Source: Octopus vulgaris
Lineage: Eukaryota
DNA: 64,000 bases
NCBI GenBank assembly: GCA_951406725.2
Contig: OX597832.1
Coordinates: forward strand, 61,504,001-61,568,000
Direction of reading: 5' to 3'
The notes beneath the pieces are model-generated. The model saw only the letters and a list, made by a program, of their open reading frames with translations, did no database searches and had not been told where the DNA came from. Below, in pieces: positions 1 to 13,803 of the stretch (positions within the stretch are counted from its first letter, which is position 1; each line of letters starts with the position of its first letter). The position numbers and the translations under genes were made by a program.

Positions 1-15
1 ATAATAGTAACATAG

Positions 16-16
<1 letters not shown>

Positions 17-102
<86 letters not shown>

Positions 103-178
103 TGATGATGATGATGATGATGATGATAATAATAATAGTAATAATAATCATGATGTTAATGATGATGACAATAATAAT
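17..178. repeat. (AAT)n/(GAT)n trinucleotide microsatellite
   Basis: Direct reading of tandem aat and gat units. Confidence 0.95.
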
Positions 179-318
179 ATATCAATTACAATATTATTAC
201 ATTCTTTATGGAGTTTTAGTATTCCACATTGATGGGAGAGTTTAGCAATCATCTATTTTACATCCATTTACATCATATTCGTTTGAAGTACTTTTCACAC
301 ACGCACATTCCGGCGTAT

Positions 319-319
<1 letters not shown>

Positions 320-353
<34 letters not shown>

Positions 354-690
354 GTTGGATAAATATATATACGCAATATAATTTTATGCATATGTATAAA
401 CATATACGTACTTGTGTACGCATGTTGACGCTTGTGCCTGTATGTGTGCACTCACAAACACACACACACGCACACACACATACATACATATATATATATA
501 CTTATGCACACATGGGTATTTATGCTTACATACAGTCACACACAGATATATATGTTTACATGTATATGTATATAAGGGTTTATATATCAATGTAAATACA
601 TTATATATGTATGCTTATGTATACTTATATGTATGTATGCATATGTATCAATATATGTACAAACGCAGACACACAATCACACGCACACAT

Positions 691-736
<46 letters not shown>

Positions 737-903
737 CTGTTATACATATGTATTTACACATATTCGATAGCATATATTCGTATATATACACTGATATATG
801 CATTTGTACTTATATATGTATCGTTAGATAGATAGATAGATAGATAGATAAAGAGGGAGAGAGTATATATATATATATATGTATTAAAATGTGTATGAAT
901 ATG

Positions 904-961
<58 letters not shown>

Positions 962-1197
962 CTTATATATATGAAACAAATTACACACACACACAAATAT
1001 ACAGATATGATGTATATATATGTACGTGTGTATATATATATAATATATACATTTATATATATATATACATATTTATGTATGTTCATATATATATATATAT
1101 GTGCACACACATACATAGGTAGATAGATAAATAGGTAAACTTTACTCTGTATATATATATATATAATTATATATAAATATTTATTTATATAAATGTA

Positions 1198-1232
<35 letters not shown>

Positions 1233-1263
1233 GTATCTATATCTCCATATCTGTCTGTGTATC

Positions 1264-1354
<91 letters not shown>

Positions 1355-1440
1355 TTATCTATATATATGTGTATGTATGCATATATATATATATGTGTGT
1401 GTGTATATATAAATGTATGTACGTATATATATATATGTCC
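320..1440. repeat. Compound (GT)/(CA)/(AT)/(TAGA)/(TATC) microsatellite field
   Basis: Direct reading; the overlapping ORFs are YI/HT/LSIY repeat translations. Confidence 0.95.
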
Positions 1441-1919
1441 GTTCGTCTCTGCTCGCTGATGGCTCTGTCTCATCATAACATTCTATTTTTATAGCAGTTT
1501 CTCGATTCATTTATTATCATATTTTTTTATTCCTCTCCTTCAGCTTCTAAATTATGTAATAAAACATTATCAATTTCACTGACAACTTGCACTCGCTCTT
1601 CGTATGCGGCTTCATACTGTTCCATATAGTATTGCTTGTAAATCGTGAATCGCTTTTGGTACTTTAATTTGAAAACACAATAACGTGTTCTCATAAAGTT
1701 TTATTTGTCTGTCTCTATGATTCATTAAGCTAGTTATTCTATCTCTAATGGGAATATTCTCTCAACCTAATTATTTAGAACTGCATTCTCGCAATTGTTT
1801 GAATGATCATAAATGATCATTCTTTTCGAATGTTATTGCGGAAGTTTTTATGCGCATAATACACGCATACACACCAAAGCAGATGTTTTTATTCACATAG
1901 ATATATGTGTGTATATATA

Positions 1920-1952
<33 letters not shown>

Positions 1953-1961
1953 ATATATTCA

Positions 1962-1997
<36 letters not shown>

Positions 1998-2003
1998 TAT
2001 ATA

Positions 2004-2079
<76 letters not shown>

Positions 2080-2774
2080 TACACACATGTCTATATATAT
2101 ATATATCTTTATATATACATATATACCATAATATACATATATATGTGTATATACATATTTATGTATATAATGTATACAGGTATACATACACACACACACA
2201 CACATATATATATATACACATAATATATGTTCACCTATACATAAGTATATATACATATATATTATTCACATAGATATATGCATGCATGTATGTATATGTA
2301 TGTGTGTGTATATATATATATGTTTCTGTAGGTGCATGTGAGAGAGAAAAGGGAGGGAGGGAGGGAGCGCGTGTGATTGTATTGTTTATTTTGTGGTACA
2401 AAAACAGTCATAATAAACTTTTGTGATAAAAGTCTGCTAAATCAGATATCTGATTTGCATTTGTCAGGTAAGTAGCATTACACGTCCGAGCCAAGGTTTC
2501 GTGCAATCAAACTTTTGTGAGCCTGTGTACCACGTATATATATAATGATAGAGAGAGGGAGAGAGGGAGAAAGAAAGAGAAACGAGAAGACAATCAGAGA
2601 GACAGACAGAGACGTGTGTGGCGAAACAATGCCTCTACTTGACGCACAGAATGGGAAAAGAACACTGACCGGGTTGATCCCTGTGTGCTGTGAACTCAGA
2701 ACATAGCGAACCAGAAAGATTATTTGAACACATGCTGTCCGACACTCTATCGACTTACACATATAAATATATTG

Positions 2775-2987
2775 TTTCTTTATTGCCCACAGGGGGCTAC
2801 ACATAGAGGGGACAAACAAGGACAGACAAACGGATTAAGTCGATTACATCGAGCCCAGTGCGTAACTGGTACTTAATTTATCGACCCCGAAAGGATGAAA
2901 GGCAAACTCGACCTCGGCAGAATTTGAACTCAGAACGTAACGGCAGGCGAAATACCACTAAGTATTTCGCCCAGCCTGCTAACGTTT
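2775..2987 (-). mobile_element. tRNA-derived SINE family A (Meta-domain-like core), 5'-truncated copy
   Basis: Reverse complement carries TGAGTTCAAATT (B-box-like) and GCCTTTCATCCTTTCGGGGTCGATAAATTAAGTACC, shared with about 20 copies in the window. Confidence 0.85.
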
Positions 2988-2992
2988 TTTAT

Positions 2993-3217
2993 TTTTTATT
3001 GCCCACAAGGGGCTAAGCATAGAGGGGACAAACAAGGACGGACAAAGGGATTAAGTCGATTACATCGACTCCAGTGCCTAACTGGTACTTAATTTATCGA
3101 CCCCGAAAGGATGAAAGGCAAACTCGACCTCGGCAGAATTTGAACTCAGAACGTAACGGCAGATGAAATACCGCTATTTCGCCCGGCATGCTACCGTTTC
3201 TGCCAGCTCGCCGCCTT
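2993..3217 (-). mobile_element. SINE family A, near full length, tandem to the previous copy
   Basis: Head AAGGCGGCGAGCTGGCAGAA, same core and same tail as 2775-2987. Confidence 0.88.
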
Positions 3218-3679
3218 AATACATCTAAATATATATCATCGCCCGAGTGCGTGGCTTGTATGGACCAATAAATGATATTGGTCTTTTGATGGTTGAATAT
3301 CTCGTCTGCCCATGGACGGTTACAAAGGATAGCATTGGTGCGCGAAAAGAACAGGTGGATCCTGGCCATTGACAGTTTGTTGTCTGTTGTTCATCCGCTC
3401 AGCTTTTTGGTGATATTCACCATTCACTCGATAAATTCATCTGCCAAAATTATTCACTACCACCGTGCAGCATCCCATGATTTCAACTAATCCCTAGCTA
3501 GGATGGTTACCGAGTACGTGTCCAAGAGACCACCGGTGGTTTGGCCCGGGTCTGTCTATTCTTATATTCACAGTTGCCCTCTTTTTACAAGCTAATTTAT
3601 CCAGAAATTGGACACGGACAGATACCACTATTCTGGATGAAAATACACATGGGAATAATATTACCTATATGTATAGGCA

Positions 3680-3725
<46 letters not shown>

Positions 3726-3729
<4 letters not shown>

Positions 3730-3955
3730 ACAATCAAGGAACGGCCATAATAGGCCATTCACCCACTAGAAATAACAGCCAAAGCTTCAACCGCAAATAA
3801 AAATTAATTCCGTAAACCAGGAGAAATTTTTTAAATTTTTTAAATTTTTAAAATTTTCTCCTGGTTTACGGAATTAATTTTTATTTGCGGTTGAAGCTTT
3901 GGCTGTTATTTCTAGTGGGTGAATGGCCTATTATGGCCGTTCCTTGATTGTTGAT
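3726..3955. repeat. Perfect long inverted repeat (about 101-bp arms, 28-bp AT spacer)
   Basis: 3726-3826 is the reverse complement of 3855-3955. Confidence 0.93.
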
Positions 3956-4059
3956 GTTGAACTTAAAAATGGTCTATGACTATTTAATTTTTTCCCACTA
4001 GGCCGCTGGTGGCAAAAGAATTCTACAAAATTTTTTTTGCCACCCTATATTGATTAATA

Positions 4060-4154
<95 letters not shown>

Positions 4155-4262
4155 AAATAGATAGACAGAGAGACAGACAGCCAGCCAGCCTGCCAGCCTG
4201 CCAGACAGTCAGACAGACGGACAGACAGACAGACAGACATACAGACAGACAGACAGACAGAC

Positions 4263-4319
<57 letters not shown>

Positions 4320-4779
4320 TACGGTGAGGTTTACCTCATCTTGGCCGTATTTACCAAAAAAAAAAAACACCTCTGTTCCAAGCATTCGGATTAGGGCTTC
4401 TGTTTGAAAATAACTTTCTCTCTTCCACCTGTCTAGGACACCCTAGAAATGTCTACCGTTACTCCCTTCCTTTCTTATGACAGTATTACGTTCAAAGCAC
4501 AGGTTCTTATCTGATCACTGTGGAGCCCATTTCGTACTTAGGTGGCCCATAATATTACCACTCATTGCTCCATATTCCAACAATTCCGCAAGTACGGGGT
4601 AACAACTGTGAGCAAGTTTCGCACTTATTACACCTTATCGGCGAATTTAGTCTTCACTGAATTTAATGATGTGGTGAAATGAGAGAATCACTAAAGAGCC
4701 GTTCAGGAATATGTAGGTGACTGTTTCTGAAAGCTTTCTATTAAAAGCAACATCGTTTTTTTTAGCGAACAAGAAGAGC

Positions 4780-4872
4780 ATTCGATGACAGAAAATTCTG
4801 CCCCAGCAAGCTGTTTTGTGACTCATGTGAGCATAGAAAATTGGTCGTTTAAACAGTGATGATGATGATGAT
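4780..4872 (+). mobile_element. 3' tail fragment of an RTE-tailed SINE-like repeat ending in (GAT)n
   Basis: gcatagaaaattggtcgtttaaacagtgatgatg resembles the reverse complement of the end at 53383-53415. Confidence 0.45.
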
Positions 4873-5567
4873 TTTGAATATTATATATACGTGTCAATAT
4901 AGAACAAGAATACCAGATATAACTGCCAAATCATTTTTTTGCGACTTTGAAGAGCGATGTATATGTTAAACTACGTAGTCAGAGGAAACCCAATAAAGAT
5001 AGACTTCCTCTCCAGAGGAACTTTTTTTACATGCTAAAGTCACTAAGGGAAAGAACCTGAATTCTGGTTTGATGCTGCTTAGGGCGGAAATATATGCCAA
5101 AGACGATGAAATCATTTGTAAAACGATGTCCGACCATTTATGGATAGTTTCATTTCCGGTTTTTTTCCGGTATGAACTATATAATTGAAGACAAAAGGAT
5201 TGGTTAGTGAATGGTAAAAATAATCATTGTTCATTGAAACTGGACCAATATCAGACGCAGATTCCATTCGCAGAATATGAATATGTTTATGTATTTGATA
5301 ATCGACAATGTTCAGAATATGTCAATTACAGAACCGGACTGACATCGGACGTGTGTCCATTCGCGGAAGACAAATAAATATGAAAGCTGATATAGTACAG
5401 AAATGTTGACAGCATAGCAATTACACTAGACATTCGCAAATATTGTTCGAAATATATGTGAGAAATGTAAATATGTTATTAACGAGAGAGGAAATTAATT
5501 CGCCTCGCGTGTGCGCGTATACACTCACACACATACATATATCTATCTCTCTATATATATGCATATA

Positions 5568-5599
<32 letters not shown>

Positions 5600-6191
5600 C
5601 ATATATATATGTATGTATATATACATATATATAGATATGTAGATACATATATATACATATATATATATATATATATCTACACATTATTTATTAAAACTTG
5701 TGCATCCTATGTTGTTCTCATTTTTGCGTATCTGCATACATACATCTGTATGTATGTGTATGTATATATGTATGCATGCATGCATGTATGTATCTATCTA
5801 CCTATATGTATATATATATATATATGTATACATATATGTATACATATATGTATACATAGATTTATAAATATAATGTATATATAGATATATTCGTATATAC
5901 ACACATACTTACAAACATTCGTGCACACATGCAAAAAGATGGATGTCTGAGTGGAAGACATGAGAAAGAAAAACAGGCGAGAAGTGTAAAGTGACAAAAC
6001 GCATAATATACTTAGGATACTCTCTCGGCCACGAGTAAATAATTTTCCTTTAAAAACAAAAATGGACTAAAGAGGCGAAGCAGAGAGTCGCTGGAGAGGT
6101 CACAGGAATTGTGACAAAAGATTTCCAGACATAGAACATAAAATAATTCTAGTGATAAATGTGAAGTGACGAACGGTAACGAATGTATATA

Positions 6192-6446
6192 TTCTTTTAT
6201 TCTTTTATTCGTTAACTTATTTCAGTCATTTGAACGCGGCCATGCTGGAGCACCGCCTTAAAGGGTGTTGGTCAAACAAATCAACCTCATGACCTATTCT
6301 TTGTAAGCCTAGTATTTATTCTATCGGGCTCTTTTGCTGAACTGGTAAGTTACGGAGACATAAACACACCAGATTCGGTTGTCCAGCGACGGCGGGGGAC
6401 AAAAGCAGACACTCTCACACAAATATAAACATACATACATGCATAC

Positions 6447-6477
<31 letters not shown>

Positions 6478-6675
6478 GTATATATAATATACATACATGT
6501 GTATATATATATATATATATATATATGCGACGGGCTTCTTTCAGTTTCCGTTCACCAAATCCAATTACAAGGCTGTGGTCGCCCGAGGCTGTAGAAGACA
6601 CCTGCACAAGGTGCCACGCATTGGGAGTGAACCTGCAACCATGTGGTTAGGAAACAAACCCTTACCACAAACTGA
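6192..6675 (-). mobile_element. SINE family B (tRNA-like head, CORE-like block, internal microsatellite, CR1-type tail)
   Basis: Homologous to 16412-16826 and 45628-46062: GGAAACTGAAAGAAGCCCGTCG and GGTGCTCCAGCATGGCCGC. Confidence 0.85.
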
Positions 6676-7269
6676 TGCATAGAAACATACATATACACAT
6701 ACATAAATGCACACACTCATGCATGCGTACACACACCTACACACACATACATACATGCGTATACATACGTACATACATGCATACATAGTTACGTACATAC
6801 ACGTATATATACATATACTTAAATTCATACACGTACATACAGGTATACATACCTACATACATGTATACACACATACATAAATAAAACCTGCAAAAGTATC
6901 TTGCGATTTAAACGATGATGGTCAAACCGAGATGCTTTCCTCAAGAACCTTGCTTCCAAGGAGATGTCCAGTCAAAATGACTTCTAAATTAAAAAGAGGA
7001 CGAGAACATACATACATTCATAGGAAAAAAAAACGTTGTTGAAATTGCAATGAAGGAGCCTTGGAACTAGGTTAGAAACTGGCTTCTTCTCTATTGGCAA
7101 GAAATCTTGAAATAAAACTGAACAACGACATACATACATGCGTACATACACATATACGTACGTACATACATATATACATACGTTCGTACACACATACATA
7201 AATGGATACATACATACATGTATACATACATACATACGTACATAAATGAATACACACGTACATACATAC

Positions 7270-7436
7270 CTAATAAGATCGTCGTCGGCGATTTATCGCG
7301 TGTCCGATAATTTATTTGGCTTCTTCTTGACCACTTCTTCTCCTCTGTCCGTTTTTATGCTTTTGATGACCAATGAGACCGGTTCTTGCATGGAAGCGTC
7401 TGTTGCAAAGAACACAAGGGATCCGTGGTGGAGGAT
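7270..7436 (-). mobile_element. RTE-clade LINE extreme 3' end (C-terminal CxxC..H..H zinc finger plus 3' UTR)
   Basis: Minus-strand translation NPPPRIPCVLCNRRFHARTGLIGHQKH matches the RTE C-terminal zinc finger pattern. Confidence 0.7.
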
Positions 7437-7440
7437 TTAA

Positions 7441-7822
7441 TTGTTGCAGCCTCCATCTTCTTTTATGAGTATTAAAGGGAACGATTACGTGACCGATGTC
7501 TCCGTTTTGGAGAGAAAGAAAAAGCTGCAGCACCGAGGCTACCATCCTGAAACATGGTCTGCGATGGGCGGCAGGCCACGCAGCAAGAATGAAAGAAAGC
7601 AAGATGCTGCGTCAAATTTTATATGGTGAATTTTCCACTGGAAGAAGACTCCGTGGCCATCCCTTCCGTCGAATCAAGGATCAGCTGAAGCAAAGCCTAA
7701 AACTGACTGGAATTGATTCCAAAGTCTGGGATATTGAAGATCGGGACAGGACCGGCTGGCATTATTCCATCTCCACTGTGGCATACCATTTTGAAGCTGA
7801 ACGACAGAGGACAAAGCAAAAG
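7441..7822 (+). pseudogene. RTE-clade LINE ORF fragment (post-RT region), frameshifted
   Basis: LRWAAGHAARMKESKMLRQILYGEFSTGRRLRGHPFRRIKDQLKQSLK...DRTGW is the typical RTE/BovB-type C-terminal region. Confidence 0.85.
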
Positions 7823-7889
7823 AAACATACATGTATACATACATATGTACGCACACACGTAAGCTGTGGAAAGCTTCTTTCGACAGCGT

Positions 7890-8108
7890 TATCACTAGCA
7901 TCAGCGATCTGATAGACTGGTTAGCGCATCGAAAAAAGTAGTTTGAGATATTGCTTGTGGCTCGTTGCGTTGTGCGTTCAAATCCAGCCGATGTAAGCTC
8001 CACCCTTTTATGATTTCAGGGTCGATAAAACCAAGTTCCAATTGAGAACTGGGCTTGATACAATCTCCTGGAACCCACCACCTGGAATTGCTGAGCACGT
8101 GCCTAAAG
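7890..8108 (+). mobile_element. SINE family A, degenerate
   Basis: gcgttcaaatcc...gggtcgataaaa...ccag core similarity. Confidence 0.55.
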
Positions 8109-8574
8109 TTATTGTTATCATCATCATCATCATCATTGTCGTCATTATTATTTGTTGTTCATTAAAAATAAAAAAAAATGTGCTGAATAGGCAAACCACG
8201 GGACAACATACACACCGACGGACATATACACGCTCTGACACAGAGACATAGATACACACACATATATAGAAAAGCGACTACAATTCTATATAATTGCGTA
8301 TTTACGTCTAAATATAATCTAATATCTAGTAAGGTAAATAGTTCAACGAGTAATTTTACTTTAATATTGTATTTCTTCAATATTCAGAGTATTTGATAGG
8401 TTTTTGTTCTATTTAGGATGTTCAGCTGTTTGTTGATAGATGCTACACTTCAAACGAATTGATCTTATTAATAAAGCCATAAGACCAGACGCGAAAGAAT
8501 ATAGGAAACACAATGATTGAAATCAGGGTTTTATTTTATACTTTTATTAAATATGAAAATTCTAATACACACAG

Positions 8575-8632
<58 letters not shown>

Positions 8633-8675
8633 GAGTGTATGTGTGTGTGTATTCATATATATATATATATATATA

Positions 8676-8733
<58 letters not shown>

Positions 8734-8752
8734 CATACACACATATACATAC

Positions 8753-8805
<53 letters not shown>

Positions 8806-9202
8806 TACGTGTGTTGGGTAGGTGTCTGACTGTGGGTGTGAGTGTAATGTATTAAATGTAATATTACGAACTGAACTTATTGTTCGATATTTTTATCAGA
8901 TATATTTATACATACAATATATATATGTATGTATATATAAATATATACACATATGTATGTATATTAACGCACACACACACATATATATGTAACTGTATAA
9001 AAATAAATCTATATCCACATAGATACATACACACATTTCATATATACAGATACTAACGTCTCATCATATCTGCTAACGTACACAAATATAGAGGCTAGTG
9101 TGTATGACCACATACAAATACATATGCTTATACATATACATACATACACACACATATGTATACATATGTGTGTGCGCATGTTTATGTGTGTGCATGCATA
9201 TG

Positions 9203-9241
<39 letters not shown>

Positions 9242-9509
9242 GCGTGTTTGTGTGTATGTAGAATTGAATTATTTACCATTCTGTGTGTGTATATATGGAT
9301 TATTTCCCTATTAATCTAAATACACTTAAGAAACTTGAGCTCGGACTGCACGGCAAAGCCATTTTATGTTCTATAAAAACGTAAGTACGAAAGGATTTTA
9401 AGCAATGTAAATGTACCACCAATATAATGGTGGTACAATATCGAACATTTATCCAATCACAAATTCAGGAATATTTGCCTGAATACAGCATCATAACTAA
9501 AAGCGACAT

Positions 9510-9690
9510 TTTTAGGGAGGGGACCAGTTAGATGGACACCAGCACGCAAATGGTACTTAATTTATCGACCCTGAAAGGATGAAAGGCAAAGTCGATCTCG
9601 ATGGAATTTGAACTCAGAACACGAAGACAGAAAAAAATACCGCTAAGTATTTCGCCCGGCGTGCTAACGATTCCGCCAGCTCGCCGTCTT
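9510..9690 (-). mobile_element. SINE family A
   Basis: ggtacttaatttatcgaccctgaaaggatgaaaggc...ccagctcgccgtctt. Confidence 0.85.
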
Positions 9691-10384
9691 ATCAAAATTG
9701 TAATGAATGAAAGGAAATGTTTATTATCTAATTATGTTTCATTCAAACTCTACAATGCATAGCAGAGTCGTTGTGATGGTGCTCAGATTTCGCATTTCTT
9801 TACATGATACCTTTTACAGCGTAGAATGAAAGTTATCTATCAACATCAGACTTTAGAGAGACGAAGGACTTGCTGTGTGCCATACTATAATGGGCTTGAC
9901 AGGAATAATTAAGTATTTTAAAGGAATCTGATTAAAAAATTACGCTACATGCGAATGTGAATGTATTAAATTTCGTGGATACGAAAATGGATGAAGACGC
10001 TGACATACACCAACACAATCCTTAATGCGAATTTAAGGAAGAAAAAGTACATATAAATAGCGAGTCCGACTCGTCGCCCAGGAACATATAGTACAATATA
10101 AACCGAATTTAAGGACAAATCTCTTACTTGTAATCGAAGAGCGAAATGGTTGACTATTTTCTCCTAACTACACTAAAGTATTAACCAGTGATTTTTGTCA
10201 TTCCTCAATTCATGGAAATGTTACGCGTCTTCAAAAATAGATCCAATTCGCTGAAAATACAGCAGACACATGAGTTAGTAAAGATGTAATTTTGAGGGGT
10301 TACACCCTTAAGAAATACATACCCCTACATGGCCTACGTGACAATGATAACAATTTAGAAACCAAAATAGAAAATCGGCCAAAA

Positions 10385-10602
10385 TATTCTTACCTGCTGT
10401 AGGCACACGGCCCGAAACTTTTTGAGAGGGGCCAGTCGATTAGATCGACCCCAGTACGCAAATGGTACTTAATTTATCGACCCCGAAAGGATGAAAGGCA
10501 AAGCCGACCTCGGCGGATTTTGAACTCAGAGCATAAACATAGACTAAAAACCGCTAATCATTTCACCCGACGTGTTTAACCTTTCTGCCAACTCGCCGCC
10601 TT
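10385..10602 (-). mobile_element. SINE family A (alternative tail type)
   Basis: Same head and core; the tail (taggcacacggcccgaaac) differs from the copies at 2775-3217. Confidence 0.85.
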
Positions 10603-10829
10603 AATCGGCCAAAACATTGAAAACACAATTCGCAATCAAATGAAACTTTTCGTTCTAAATTATAATTATTTTCAGTAAAGATTTAGTTCTTCTTAAGTGT
10701 GATTCACGAGATCTGCCCCAAACAATGAAACAGTGAGGCTCCGACATACAAAACTGCAATAAGAAATATTTTCCAGTACTCATCATCGTCGGTCGTGTGA
10801 CCAGTCGAATATTCATGAAACGTGAAGTA

Positions 10830-11013
10830 CCATATTTCTACGTGCATAAAGAACCCTTTTTCTCTCTCTCAAAAATTAGGTTTAAAAGTATGGAAGTTTC
10901 TTATAAGTGGATAGTATTATAATCCCTTACGAAACCTGTTTTTCTAAATTTTAAGCCCCAAAACTTAGGGGTTTCCTTATACACGAGGATTCCTTATACA
11001 CGTTAAAATACGG
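10830..11013. mobile_element. Tc1/mariner-superfamily (pogo/Tigger-like) MITE, about 184 bp
   Basis: Left TIR ta-CCATATTTCTACGTGCATAAAGA versus reverse complement of the right end ta-CCGTATTTTAACGTGTATAAGGA; TA on both flanks. Confidence 0.75.
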
Positions 11014-11062
11014 TAATTTGAGTAACTACCGAAAGCTTAAGTCAAAGATATACGTTTATAAG

Positions 11063-11160
<98 letters not shown>

Positions 11161-11162
11161 CG

Positions 11163-11194
<32 letters not shown>

Positions 11195-11766
11195 TATATG
11201 AATATATGCATACATACACATATGTAAATATAAACATATCTACATGAGTATATACACACACAAACAAGTACATATATTCGTTTCATCTATCTTGCTAAAT
11301 ACACAAAATCTCATGCATACATTCTATAAACATTCAGCTCTCTCTCTCTCTCACACACACACACAGACACACACACACACACAGACACACACACACACAC
11401 ACAGACACACACACACACACAGACACACACACACACACAGACACACACATACACACTCGCATGCACATGTGTAAATATGCAGATAAACACAAACACATGC
11501 ATGCTCGGATTATCTCTCGACCCTACTATCTCTATATACATGCAAATATGTATACTTAAATACGGCCGTGCAGATGTGTGCACACCTCACTTTCAACACA
11601 ATATCAATTTTGCTATTACGTTATCAGTGTGGTGATATCAAATATCAAATGTTCAAGAAAACGAAGTCAAAACAATCGCGGCAAGATGAAATCGTAATGG
11701 CAACGTCGTAACCTCTTCTGGGTTTTTATCAACGAAACGTCAGGGCTGGTGAAAACAACTTTATAT

Positions 11767-11830
<64 letters not shown>

Positions 11831-11964
11831 ACACACAAACACATATATGTATATATATATTATATACATACGTGTGTATGAAGCTGTGTATACGCACGTA
11901 TGTGTGTGGCATGCGTTCGTATGTATATGTATGTTGTATGTATTTATGTATGTATGTATGTATG

Positions 11965-11998
<34 letters not shown>

Positions 11999-12024
11999 TG
12001 TATGTATGTATGTATGTATGTATG

Positions 12025-12073
<49 letters not shown>

Positions 12074-12094
12074 GTGTGTGTATGTGTGTATAAT

Positions 12095-12238
12095 ATTTTC
12101 TATTGAAGGCACAAGGCCTGAAGTTTGGTGCAGGTAACAAGTCGACTACATCAACCTCAGTGTTCCACTGGTACTTAATTTATCGACCTCGGCGAAATTT
12201 GAACCCGGCTGCTAACGATTCTGCCAGCTCGCCACCTT
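12095..12238 (-). mobile_element. SINE family A, internally deleted
   Basis: Core and head present with two internal gaps relative to other copies. Confidence 0.75.
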
Positions 12239-12811
12239 GTGTGCGTATATAATACGAGTTAAATTGTTACCGGAGACCGCTCGAAAAGTGAGACCTCATA
12301 AAGCAAGAGCAATAATTTGCCATAGTAGCAATGTTATAAATCGTAATACACAGAAAAATATTTTACCTATAAGATTTATAATGCTCGTAAATAAATGGCA
12401 ATAAAACAACAGTAGAATGTAAAGAATATTTTATATAAAGTAAAAAAGTACCTGAAGATCATTTATAATAAAAAGGTATTATTAGTATAGTCGTTTTCTG
12501 AATCACTTTGACTGGCACTAGATTAACGCACACCACTTACAGACGCGCTCACCGATTCACAAGCACTCGTAGACGGACTTTCAGATTTCTTTATAAAAGA
12601 CAAGTGTAGAGTTGTCTGCTTAGAAGAAGCTTTGTTTTCGCTCTCTATAAATTTCTCGGTAACACGCAGAAACATTTGTTATGGTAGTAGAAACAGTTGT
12701 CCTTCGCTCAAACTTTGGATATTGTGATTGAAAAATAAAACACCTAAACCTGGCGTTTCGTAATACGGGTCCTGGTAAATTGAGTCATTTCTCTCACTTG
12801 CTCTCTCTCTC

Positions 12812-12866
<55 letters not shown>

Positions 12867-13194
12867 GTATATATAAATGTGTGTGTGTGTGTGTGTACAT
12901 ACATACATGGTGCGATGGTTAAATTGTCGCCATATTATATTTATAATTTTGTGCATGCACATTATTTGTTTTTGATTTTGTCAATTACACAGTAGAGTAG
13001 GGTCACTTGGGCACTGTCTGTGAGAAAAACAGCACCATGACACAACTTACTCAGCCATAAATTGCTTTCACCTTAACTTAGTTTAACTTCTGGAATAAGA
13101 GAAATATATATAACTCTTCCAACCGGTGCAGTGGCACCGAAATCCCTTTAAGTGGTATACGCATAGATACACACACAAACACGTGCGTGCACGT

Positions 13195-13306
<112 letters not shown>

Positions 13307-13544
13307 CCGTGTACATAAACACAGACAAAAAAGTTGTAATTAAAGCTGAAATATTCTCAAACGCCGCTCGGCCGAGTTCAATGCAACTTTACTCTTGTTT
13401 TCGAGTAGTGTACATTCGGAGCAATGGTTTGTCAAGAAGGTTCGACTATCTGCGTCCTTATATTTTCGAACAAGGGAGTTTAGTGTCCCCACTCAGCTCT
13501 AAAGCAATATCTGTGTACCATTAGCTTCTGGGTTACAGTTTGAA

Positions 13545-13725
13545 TCTACAGAAAAACAAAAGACGAAGATAGGTGTATAAACAGTTAACAGGCGTATTAG
13601 TTTGACGCTCGGGAAGGGGTGAAAGTCTTTTACGTTTCGAGTCTACGCTCTTCAGCATAAAGGAACACGAGAAAAGAAACTGAAAGAGAACAAAAAAAAG
13701 CTTTTGGAGCTAGCGGTCAATCATA
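13545..13725 (-). mobile_element. Short hammerhead-like repeat (Penelope pLTR/retrozyme-like family H1), degenerate core at 13626-13663
   Basis: Homologous to 17692-17912; minus strand CCTTT-ATGCTGA-A-GAGC-GTAG-ACTC-GAAA-CG-TA-AAAGA. Confidence 0.6.
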
Positions 13726-13803
13726 TCTACATACATACATGCATACATACATATGATATACTTAACGAATGTATATGGTAAAAAAAGAAAACCCCAGTAG
13801 ATA

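Noticed and set aside
242-2273. Dozens of ORFs rich in YI, HT, CV, MYVC and LSIY here and throughout the window
   Set aside because: Translations of stop-free di- and tetranucleotide microsatellites, present in several frames and on both strands
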